Notes under the pieces: generated by a model
Told to the model about the DNA's origin: nothing
The model's input: the letters and a program-made list of their open reading frames with translations, nothing else
Databases searched by the model: none
From: an uncultured virus (IMG/VR IMGVR_UViG_3300029953_000007)
Taxonomy: Duplodnaviria; Heunggongvirae; Uroviricota; Caudoviricetes
Direction: 5' to 3' (one strand)
DNA length: 57,601 bases
IMG/VR virus record: IMGVR_UViG_3300029953_000007
Shown: one piece after another, positions 51,301 to 57,601 of the stretch
How positions within the stretch are numbered: the stretch's first letter is position 1
Layout of the letters: each line of letters opens with the position of its first letter
Made by a program: the position numbers and the translations under genes

Positions 51301-51584
51301 GGAAATGGAAATGAACCAATCTCACACATACCTGTTTGAGGATTTAATGATGCCACATAAACTATACCACCATATTCTTTCATCCCCATTGGTATAAAAC
51401 CAGGAGATAATTGAGCACTATCTACTTGACAGTTACCTTGATCGTTTTGTAGTACAAATTCTGTACCATTATAAGTTATGATTGTACCATTTAAACAATC
51501 TACTAATACATCTCTTGGAGTTGATAGTGGATTCAAATCCATTATCATTCCTCCACTAAAAGTGTTCTGTGTACGCTGTCTCAT
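48342..51584 (-). CDS. Tail structural protein (~1080 aa) with muzzle-type N-terminus; likely start ATG 51584
   Basis: MRQRTQNTFSGGMIMDLNP..DCLNGTIITYNG..LQNDQGN..GMKEYGGIVYVAS..EIGSFP, followed by a Thr/Ser/Asn-rich beta-type remainder; start lies 2 nt after the upstream stop. Confidence 0.7.
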   Translation of the reverse strand: MRQRTQNTFSGGMIMDLNPLSTPRDVLVDCLNGTIITYNGTEFVLQNDQGNCQVDSAQLSPGFIPMGMKEYGGIVYVASLNPQTGMCEIGSFPFPQEDFSTTDYGEIGPVNFITANFIVDTGDDSVATITDKNSNLFQPELLQLSPGDLYVVTYTITDPNSANDALPDNINNTTKYNNWISQDPTNRKLFRLTFSKITSNNTLTALPFGVINIIPYQSDLSSSYTYYPEPSQTTLTVGLELETLDTFNVFVEDISLNTNSDKQISIVATGSSASLSTFNGVRVIVTQPSSQTFFLDNTANSPNAEVSAIVDGLTENQNFQCSITPYSPYCLYPNLTKTFNLTIGKYLSSGSGVNNIFTYYVDTVNNAITLNFDWKFQGNSPNGLFLYIEFYDPWSDYSVVQTVDNPSFYGLNSVILPLVTEPYISQFDSTTTGGTLPSLLITNPDTIYAKTMLNSTNQIRINQALRLNGFYIVRISGVDTAYSGGTYTYTHYDLYKGLYTTDMFNSVYNNQVSLAVSDPSYVSDFNSLDFVIGNINYSSTIALNNTLNIAPIVTQQRTDLMTNGNYYIVSPTSLSTTPGYKYTQTYETQNTYAVNLTLQGLSYIFGTFKTSLLTITPPTLVASNSMSSGEKPTIIDVNYNSDTNIEPNSVASWTLINTSGTNYLLNTDTVTSRSVYSPVATLSGSPTGITYQEIPLAGSFSYRPNGDSIWITTAGPAAGAASGTLASPNATLLIQKEELQCMGKDGTQYIYTLGSDHPYDGNVVTAINTAINSTTYGDDGRTYSAVLMTSCEPTWGYGSVSGPTYNSCNDHGTSQWKNTTLVVNMADGTYRLTKVTDIKAMEDFFNSLYVTSSVSNTVYVYYPNASVESNDDIQTNVTYPDLIFTTNFTPTIVSMAYVNTYLSTFNFQALSEPTADFSTTNINSYIATRQGSSTIVDGSNTIRDGFIPFINTLQTTTSNVAVPNLTIDQTADSAIITSFLAGQNQYLSDPKYRENGAGVHTHGTLWSNIPDYQTQYVPLLQVKPTPVTNTPIVNTGTSAAYVQIIGSTPIWNYGKFYRVGGCSNGVTAPSLIPSFDVTTQ

Positions 51585-51586
51585 AT

Positions 51587-52072
51587 TTATTGTAACTCTA
51601 AAGCTGTACTTATATCTAAATCTTCTATTATCATTATCCATCTACGAGGCTCTTCCATTGCTATTCTATAATAGTGCATATTTTTTACTAACTTAGCTTC
51701 TTCTAAACATTTAAAAAGTATAATTCTTTGTGTAGTTTGACCGTTTAATAAGTCAGTGTAAGCATACTCATTTAACCAAAAATACATAAATCCAGAATAA
51801 GGTGTTTTCTTAAGTGCATACATTATTCTTATCTTTTGCTTAATCTTTTTATTATGTATCTCATACCTACGCTCTCTATTGTGACTTACTGGTCCAACAT
51901 ACATATAAGTATCTTTATGAGTATCATTTAGATAAAGATCATGATTTTTTGTCTTGAATAAAGCCATCATAGCAAGACCGTGCCTTACTACTTCTCTTAT
52001 TGATTTTTCATCTACCTTTGAAAACTCTTCATTTAAATAGGGTAAGAGTTCATCGAACATTAACGTCTCCAT
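51587..52072 (-). CDS. Conserved crAss-like protein, IHF/HU-like (161 aa)
   Basis: Basic protein with N-terminal helical segment (ELLPYLNEEFSKVDEKSIREVVRHG); syntenic with the IHF-like gene pair of crAss-like phages. Function inferred from context. Confidence 0.5.
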   Translation of the reverse strand: METLMFDELLPYLNEEFSKVDEKSIREVVRHGLAMMALFKTKNHDLYLNDTHKDTYMYVGPVSHNRERRYEIHNKKIKQKIRIMYALKKTPYSGFMYFWLNEYAYTDLLNGQTTQRIILFKCLEEAKLVKNMHYYRIAMEEPRRWIMIIEDLDISTALELQ

Positions 52073-52079
52073 AATTTAA

Positions 52080-52535
52080 TTAAGCATAAACAAATCCTGT
52101 ATTTATCTTATCGTGTATTAATTGAGTAAAATTTTTGCTTAATTTAACATACTCATGTGTCATTCTCTCTCCTACTTTCCAAGACATTACTAATTCGTAA
52201 TACTTAAAATTAGACTGTAAGAAATCTATATCTTGTAAGCAACCAACTTCTAAATTCCTTTTTATTCTTTCTTCTGGTACAACTCTAAAGTGAAGATCGG
52301 TATAATATCTATATGGAAATACAAATAGCTTATCACCTTCAATTAGGTGTAGTAATAACATATGAAGATAACGTGTAAAGATCCTCTCTGCAAGTGATCT
52401 CTTATCTGCACATTTATAAAACTTCTTAATGTTATTTTGACCCCTTGGAGAATTACCTTTTAATTTGTTAAGATCAAAGTTACAGAATAAATCAGGTGTT
52501 CTGATTACATGATTAAGTACGCGATTTTCATTCAT
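52080..52535 (-). CDS. Conserved crAss-like protein, IHF/HU-like (151 aa)
   Basis: Basic; helix-then-strand pattern RIFTRYLHMLLLHLIEGDKLFVFP and ending KINTGFVY; synteny. Confidence 0.5.
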   Translation of the reverse strand: MNENRVLNHVIRTPDLFCNFDLNKLKGNSPRGQNNIKKFYKCADKRSLAERIFTRYLHMLLLHLIEGDKLFVFPYRYYTDLHFRVVPEERIKRNLEVGCLQDIDFLQSNFKYYELVMSWKVGERMTHEYVKLSKNFTQLIHDKINTGFVYA

Positions 52536-53233
52536 CGTATAGGTTTATATGTTATACCAAAACGCTTTCTATCCCATGAGGATTGTACATTGAGTAATCT
52601 ATCCATATCATTTTGATTAAGATAAATAGGTGTACGAGCATCATCACAGGCAGACTGCCATTGTTGTCTTACCATTTGTGCAAGTTGCATACTTGCTTGA
52701 TCTTTCATTATAAAAGCTTGTTTCTGTATAGTTATCCAAGCACAATATTTAGCTATTGCATCTACCTCTTTAAAGTTTAAGAGTGGAAGTCCAACTTCAT
52801 CAACTAGAATACCTTTATAAAGTACAGTAATATGATAATCTCTATCGGTCTTAAAGTATAAAGTTTGACCGATCTGTTCATATTGTATCATTGTGCCAGC
52901 TTCATATAAAAATTCATTTGGTATCTTCCAACCTTCAATATAATTCTCTAAATTTGCATTAAGTAAATCTATACTATAAGGATTGACACCATCTGTTCTT
53001 TGATGATCTTGTCCAAGTTTATAAACACCTTCGACTATATCTACATTGATAGGTAATTCTAACTTACCATCGTGCATTTGTGCTCTATAACGATAAACAC
53101 GATAGTTTTTATTTCCTATATGATCCCATGCATGAAGAGCTAAGTTTTCATAGTCTTCTTCTTTAAGTATAATGCCAAAATGATCACTAAGTTGTAGAAG
53201 TCCTGCATAAAAATTTCTTATTGAGTCTATCAT
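52532..53233 (-). CDS. Putative tail tubular/ring protein (233 aa)
   Basis: ELPINVDIVEGV, TLYFKTD..VLYKGILVDEVGLPLL..AIAKYC motifs resemble crAss-like ring proteins; position in the head-tail cluster. Confidence 0.6.
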   Translation of the reverse strand: MIDSIRNFYAGLLQLSDHFGIILKEEDYENLALHAWDHIGNKNYRVYRYRAQMHDGKLELPINVDIVEGVYKLGQDHQRTDGVNPYSIDLLNANLENYIEGWKIPNEFLYEAGTMIQYEQIGQTLYFKTDRDYHITVLYKGILVDEVGLPLLNFKEVDAIAKYCAWITIQKQAFIMKDQASMQLAQMVRQQWQSACDDARTPIYLNQNDMDRLLNVQSSWDRKRFGITYKPIR

Positions 53234-53901
53234 ACTTTTACTGTTTGATCATTAGGTGTAATTGTAAGAGCAGTTTGTCTAAAATAGCGTATATAATCTT
53301 CTGTAACCCCTTTTTCAATATCTGTATCTATAAAATTTATATTCATAACCTCTTCATTTAAACAACAAGGGTAGTTCATAAGTTGGCGTATATCTTTTGG
53401 AATTATACGCACTGTCATCTGTTGTAACATCGATGGGGCATTAAAAATAAATGCGTCTATCATATTACTAGTATTTGGTGTTATGTCTATCCATACATAT
53501 GGATTATTTGCACCACGACGTCTATATTTATGTAATTTATATGTTTCATCAGTATATACAATATATTGTATATTACCATCTGTACTACCTATATAATCAA
53601 TACTTTGTTGACCAAAATCACTAATGATTTGAGGAAGTTCAATATGTTTGACTAAAGTATCTCCGTTATTACAACAACAACGATCTAATGACTCACAATC
53701 TACAGGTATACACCTAATTGAGTAAAGAAGATCTTTAATTGGTATTAAGTTTTTACCTGCATAACCTTTAATTATATTAAGTCTTTTTTGTATAACTGCA
53801 TCTTCTATCTGTTCTAATGTAAAAGGAACGTTAATAGTTGCACCACGTAAACCAGACATTACATTATTATATATACGACTTACTAATTTGTCTAATGTCA
53901 T
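53230..53901 (-). CDS. Putative tail ring protein (223 aa)
   Basis: TLEQIEDAVIQKR, CIPVDCESLDRCCC, ELPQII..IDYIGS..KYRRRGANNPYVWI; resembles crAss-like ring proteins. Confidence 0.6.
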   Translation of the reverse strand: MTLDKLVSRIYNNVMSGLRGATINVPFTLEQIEDAVIQKRLNIIKGYAGKNLIPIKDLLYSIRCIPVDCESLDRCCCNNGDTLVKHIELPQIISDFGQQSIDYIGSTDGNIQYIVYTDETYKLHKYRRRGANNPYVWIDITPNTSNMIDAFIFNAPSMLQQMTVRIIPKDIRQLMNYPCCLNEEVMNINFIDTDIEKGVTEDYIRYFRQTALTITPNDQTVKV

Positions 53902-53912
53902 TATTTTATACT

Positions 53913-53946
53913 AAAAAAGGCAGGACAGTTGAGCTGCCTGCCTTTT
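53913..53946 (-). terminator. Intrinsic terminator after the 421-aa structural gene
   Basis: Hairpin AAAAGGCAGGCAGC..CTGTCCTGCC followed by T6 on the minus strand. Confidence 0.85.
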
Positions 53947-53963
53947 AATTGTGATAAGGTATC

Positions 53964-55229
53964 TTAGTTTAAGAGCAAATTAGTTTGTGCATCAACTATA
54001 CTATGAGTTCCAAATGCTGAGGTTATATAACCTTCAAATGTTGAAGCTAAAGTTGTAGGTATGTATAAAACATGAGTAGTCTTCGAAGTAATCGATTGAC
54101 CAACAGCACCTACACCTGTAAAGTTACGTAGAGCATTATAAGCAAATGTATATTGATTATAAAGTACTCCATTAACTGGGCGCTCATCCTGATCTTCACC
54201 AAAGAATCTTGTAGCTTCCTGTGTAGGTAAACGAAGGTTCTTAGTAATAAACCAAGCAGTACCAAATCCTTCAACACCTACGGTTGTTACAGTACCAACT
54301 GCAATAGGGTTATAATTTTCACCTGTTGAATCAAGTAACTCAATTTGGAAATAATTACCGGAATCAGTTAGGAAACGCATATATTCATTAGATGCAGTAA
54401 TTATAATACTACCTGCATTAGTACCTGAGTTTGAAGTATAAGTAGGCACAATATCTTTAATATTTTGACCATTATATTTCTTAAGGCCATTAATGAAACC
54501 TGCACACAAAGTAGCAGCAAGTACATCACCAGTTTGAGCAGTTGGTACAACTACTTCCACAAAGAAAGGTTTACCTTTATTAATTGCCCAACGATCATAG
54601 TCAATAGGGTATGATCCTGACATTGTAACATCTACACGTAAACGATAAGTTCCAGAAACATTTCCGGTAGTAGGAAGTACAATAGTACCTACTTCGTTAA
54701 CAGGGTTGCTAGCAGAACGTTTATAAACTTTACCCAGTAGATTTGAGGCAAGATATTTATTAAGACGTTGAATTACTAAAGCAGAAGTACCAGTAACTGA
54801 TTCATCATCTGTTTCAAAAGCTGTATTAGCAGCAGGTGGAGTTATTGATGTATTAGTAGCTGCACCTATGTCTGTATAAGTAGCAGTTGGTGTAAATCCT
54901 AAAAGATAAAGTACACCAGTAGTAGTACCACGATATACATTATAACCGATTAAGTTACCTGCAATTGGATCTGTATCAGCAGTCCAAGTCATACCAACTG
55001 ATAAGTTAGCACTACCTAATGTGATAGTTGACTGTGTGCCTACAGTAGTTTCGCCTTTTGCTGTTACTGCTGTTTGAGCATAGTAATAAGTTGTTGCAGC
55101 TAATGTACCACTTGAGGCACCACCAGCTGTTAAAGTAGCTATACTAGGAGCGGCTAAAGTTGTTGCGCCATTATAAACGCTAATTGCGGAAAGGTCATTA
55201 AAGACACGTTCCTGTGTGAAATCAAACAT
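53964..55229 (-). CDS. Putative auxiliary capsid/decoration protein (421 aa) with an inserted Ig/FN3-like domain
   Basis: MFDFT start, GKPFFVE, EGFGTAWFITKNLRLPT, YNQYT, SKTTHVLYI; own terminator suggests high expression; insert GTLAATTYYYAQTAVTAKGET..TW..GYNVYRGT..YTDIG. Confidence 0.65.
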   Translation of the reverse strand: MFDFTQERVFNDLSAISVYNGATTLAAPSIATLTAGGASSGTLAATTYYYAQTAVTAKGETTVGTQSTITLGSANLSVGMTWTADTDPIAGNLIGYNVYRGTTTGVLYLLGFTPTATYTDIGAATNTSITPPAANTAFETDDESVTGTSALVIQRLNKYLASNLLGKVYKRSASNPVNEVGTIVLPTTGNVSGTYRLRVDVTMSGSYPIDYDRWAINKGKPFFVEVVVPTAQTGDVLAATLCAGFINGLKKYNGQNIKDIVPTYTSNSGTNAGSIIITASNEYMRFLTDSGNYFQIELLDSTGENYNPIAVGTVTTVGVEGFGTAWFITKNLRLPTQEATRFFGEDQDERPVNGVLYNQYTFAYNALRNFTGVGAVGQSITSKTTHVLYIPTTLASTFEGYITSAFGTHSIVDAQTNLLLN

Positions 55230-55263
55230 AATTTAGTTTAAGTTTTAAATTTTATTGGAGAGA

Positions 55264-56103
55264 TTATCTTCTACGAGACGAGTGCTGTTGCATCTGTTGC
55301 CCTTGAGCTTGTGGAGGAGCAATTGTCTGGTTTATTGGTAAATTTGTATTTAATCTTGGGTCGCTAGCATTCTCCAACAATAAGGCAACTAGTTCTTTTA
55401 TAATTTCAAGACAAATGTAATTTGGAAATTCCATAATGTCTGATAGATCTTCTGTAGCATCAATCTGTGATTGTAATAATGTAATATATCTTGGGGACTT
55501 AATATATTGAATATCTACACTATTTAGAACGAAAAGGGTATTGTCTCGACCATATCTTATCTCTATATTAGGAGCAACAAATGTTTGATATTCACTTCCA
55601 TCTGCTGGATCATAATTAGAACCAGTATTTGTTGGAGGAGCTACATCTGTAACATTGTTAATATAATAATAGGGATTACGATAAGATGGTTTTAAATATG
55701 CATTATTAATAATTTCAGGCCACATTTCAGCAGTCATACGTTTAGCACCAAAATAAATTGATTCACTAGTACTATAACACTTAAAATTTGATGTAGGTAA
55801 AAACTCACATGTACAATTTAAAAGGTGAAAATAATCAAGTGGTAGAGTTGCTGTATAAGTAGCTCCCTGTAATTTATTACCTGTTGTAGCTGTAAGTGAT
55901 CCACTTGGAACATGAAATGAACCTTTAAGAATATTTAAATCATCTGTGGACTGTTGATTCGCATCATAAACATTATACTTTTTATTAGCATAAGCAAAGA
56001 TTGCTTTATTGATATAATAATTATAATCTTCAAGTAAGAGGGTAGGAGCCTCTACCTTATTAGTTTCAATCAGTGAGTATTCGTATACTTCTCTTACTGT
56101 CAT
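55264..56103 (-). CDS. Conserved crAss-like structural (ring/connector) protein (279 aa)
   Basis: MTVREVYEYSLIETNKVEAP..YINKAI..QQSTDDL, LPLDYFHLLNC, YIKSP, EFPNYICLEII..LLLENASDPR; second gene downstream of the capsid gene. Confidence 0.7.
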   Translation of the reverse strand: MTVREVYEYSLIETNKVEAPTLLLEDYNYYINKAIFAYANKKYNVYDANQQSTDDLNILKGSFHVPSGSLTATTGNKLQGATYTATLPLDYFHLLNCTCEFLPTSNFKCYSTSESIYFGAKRMTAEMWPEIINNAYLKPSYRNPYYYINNVTDVAPPTNTGSNYDPADGSEYQTFVAPNIEIRYGRDNTLFVLNSVDIQYIKSPRYITLLQSQIDATEDLSDIMEFPNYICLEIIKELVALLLENASDPRLNTNLPINQTIAPPQAQGQQMQQHSSRRR

Positions 56104-56107
56104 TTTA

Positions 56108-56983
56108 TTACTTTATTGGTTCAATAGGTTTAATTGGTTTTATAGGTTTAACTACCTTAACTGGTATATCAGTATCATTTAATTCATCAATTGTTTTTGA
56201 TGAGTCAATGTGAAATTCAGGATACACCTCACTTTTTATAAGGTCAACAACTCGTTTATTAGCTGGATTTTTAAAATAGTGAAGAACTGCTGAATCTGTT
56301 GCACCAAGAATTATAGAATCACCATAGTAGTATAACTTATCTTTTATAAAGATAACGTGTTTATCAACTGCATCAAGTAAGAATATACGTAAATGAGTAT
56401 CAGATCCTGTATAAAGACCGCTAACTATTTCAGGTTTACGTTCAGCAACACTAACTAAGTAATCTTCTACATCGCTTGTTGGAAGACCTGGCATTGCATT
56501 TCCAAGTAACCTTACTTTCTGACGTAAACCTTCATCTGTATCAGCATAAATATATGATTTAGCATTATGAATTTCACGTTTCCGATTGTTTTTAGCTTTA
56601 GCTTCAACACCTGGACGTTCTACATAGAACTCTGCTGTTCCATAACGTTTAGCATTACCATCTATAAGATATTCTTTAGTTACTTCATCACGTTCTGATC
56701 TATCTTTTGCAATCTTAGGACTAAATTTAATAGCTTCCCACCAGGCAGCATCATACGCATTGTCTAAGTTAAATTCTTTTCCATCAAAGATCTCAATTAC
56801 GTCTTCTTCAGATATAAATATTTGACCTGATGATCTTTCACGTTCAGTAAGTATAATCTTATGATGCTCATCACATGGACGAACACAATCTGCAAATCTC
56901 TTTGTACTACGGTTCCTTGCAGGTTCCATAAAGCAACGTGTTATTTTATAAACGCTCCTTATAATTAGTCTATTCTCTATCAT
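56108..56983 (-). CDS. Conserved crAss-like protein encoded directly downstream of the major capsid gene (291 aa)
   Basis: FNLDNAYDAAWWEAIK, FYVERPG, LGATDSAVLHYFKNPAN; synteny; C-terminal (KPI)n tail. Confidence 0.7.
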   Translation of the reverse strand: MIENRLIIRSVYKITRCFMEPARNRSTKRFADCVRPCDEHHKIILTERERSSGQIFISEEDVIEIFDGKEFNLDNAYDAAWWEAIKFSPKIAKDRSERDEVTKEYLIDGNAKRYGTAEFYVERPGVEAKAKNNRKREIHNAKSYIYADTDEGLRQKVRLLGNAMPGLPTSDVEDYLVSVAERKPEIVSGLYTGSDTHLRIFLLDAVDKHVIFIKDKLYYYGDSIILGATDSAVLHYFKNPANKRVVDLIKSEVYPEFHIDSSKTIDELNDTDIPVKVVKPIKPIKPIEPIK

Positions 56984-57003
56984 ATTTGTTCTTATTGAAT
57001 TTA

Positions 57004-57035
57004 CAAAGATAATAAAAAGAATCCATTATTCCTAA
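57004..57035 (-). promoter_or_regulatory. Bacteroidota-type promoter overlapping the capsid terminator
   Basis: TTAG(57035-57032)-N20-TATCTTTG(57011-57004), 20 nt upstream of ATG 56983; the -33 box has one mismatch. Confidence 0.6.
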
Positions 57036-57044
57036 TGGATTCTT
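57014..57044 (-). terminator. Intrinsic terminator downstream of the major capsid gene
   Basis: AAGAATCCATTA-GGAA-TAATGGATTCTT-TTT on the minus strand. Confidence 0.85.
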
Positions 57045-57136
57045 AATTATTTTTTATATCTAAACTACACTAATGGTAGTCATTTTATAGCATTTCTAAT
57101 GATCTTAGAACGTTGTTTTATCTAAATTAACTACAA

Positions 57137-57601
57137 TTAGAATGTAGCGATGTTTTCTTCTACTATACCGATTTTTAAATTTATATAGGCTCTTTATCCT
57201 ATATTTCCTATGTTTTCTTTAGTTATACATAGAGAAGACTATATCATCATCTTAAAACTTAAGATGTCGGGCGTTCGTGGTTGGATTATTGTTACAATAC
57301 TCACCAACTAGTCGTTAGAGGTTCTTAGAACTATTAAATTGTTTTCTAAGCTTCCTACGGGATTGTCTACTTCTAGAGTTTCCCCGTTTAACCCAATTTT
57401 CAATTACAACTCACGCTGCAATGGCTCTATCGTTAAAGCTCCTATAGGGACTGAATACACCCACACCTGCATAACCAGCGTGAACTAAACGAGAACCAGC
57501 TACTGGAGTAGAGATCTCACCTGATTCAACACCTGTCATACCACCAAGACCTTTAAGAAAGCCCCTGATAAACTCTCCGCCACGTAAAGTGAACATTTGA
57601 A
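57137..57601 (-). CDS. Major capsid protein, C-terminal part (5'-partial), join(complement(57436..>57601),complement(57137..57167)); ends ..GYAGVGVFSPYRSFIVEENIATF*
   Basis: MFTLRGGEFIRGFLKGLGGMTGVESGEISTPVAGSRLVHAGYAGVGVFSPYRSF resembles the C-terminus of crAss-like capsid proteins; position at the head of the structural operon; splicing yields PYRSFIVEE. Confidence 0.82.
57168..57435 (-). mobile_element. Group I self-splicing intron (268 nt, IA-like, no ORF) near the 3' end of the major capsid gene
   Basis: P1 exon GCUU/IGS GAGC with U.G; P2 AUUGCAGC-GUGA-GUUGUAAU; P=AAACGGGGAAAC, Q=AAUCCCGUAG, R=UCUAACGACUA, S=AUGAUAUAGUCU; P3 UUGGGU/GCCCGA; P7 GACUA/UAGUC; P8 CAUCUUAA/UUAAGAUG; terminal G at 57168 restores the frame. 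Confidence 0.92.

Noticed and set aside
51585..51641. Upstream start for the 1099-aa ORF (likewise 6764 and 1050 for their genes)
   Set aside because: These extensions overlap the upstream gene or promoter; downstream ATGs at 51584, 6755 and 1089 fit tight gene coupling.
786..51696. Short antisense or alternate-frame ORFs in the track (786-968, 2694-2876, 4726-5061, 5125-5319, 5706-5996, 9173-9397, 10318-10503, 10608-10853, 23060-23308, 27401-27616, 32582-32782, 36352-36558, 37148-37411, 39474-39767, 46146-46451, 46464-46661, 51478-51696)
   Set aside because: They lie wholly inside well-supported genes, have shadow-frame composition, and show no motifs or expression signals.
56110..56155. 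(KPI)n tandem repeat at the end of the 291-aa gene as a DGR, CRISPR or contingency locus
   Set aside because: It is a degenerate 9-nt coding repeat with no spacers, no template repeat and no reverse transcriptase.
57045..57136. Small hairpins and a short GTAGTT..TTTAGATA repeat in the capsid 3' UTR as an ncRNA
   Set aside because: Stems are short and AT-rich, as expected by chance; no independent promoter.
57411..57596. 61-aa stand-alone ORF
   Set aside because: It is the window-truncated capsid gene reading into the intron; the Met is internal.
2304..57601. Stop-codon reassignment (code 15 or 4)
   Set aside because: Multi-kilobase ORFs are intact in code 11, and both apparent breaks are explained by introns.
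1..57601. tRNA genes, CRISPR arrays, integrase or IS elements
   Set aside because: Intergenic gaps are short and accounted for; no cloverleaf, repeat-spacer array or recombinase motif was recognised by eye.

Overview
AT-rich segment of a crAss-like (Crassvirales) phage genome, probably infecting a Bacteroidota host (TTTG-N20-TAnnTTTG promoters, no evident Shine-Dalgarno sites). Positions 1-2260 (+) hold a partial hypothetical gene, a metallophosphoesterase and two lysozymes. Positions 2304-57601 (-) are the late/virion module: the end of the major capsid protein, conserved head/ring/tail genes, two IHF-like genes, a two-gene muzzle/tail-stabilisation region, smaller cargo proteins and four giant cargo proteins. 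Two ORF-less group I introns were resolved to the nucleotide. One (14803-15120) splits the catalytic GAD|FDIDK motif of the virion RNA polymerase (spliced product 3596 aa). The other (57168-57435) sits about 10 codons before the capsid stop codon. The most striking unexplained pattern is in the four giant, almost Cys-free cargo proteins: they carry cysteines at each facing terminus in gene order, suggesting a head-to-tail disulfide-linked chain of about 10,000 residues. A second pattern is a recurring K-x-[QE]-x-G-G peptide tag across the smaller cargo proteins. Other points are ART-PolyVal-like and second inserted domains in the RNA polymerase, nested promoters and a candidate small RNA. All family calls come from motif recognition by eye; no database searches were run.
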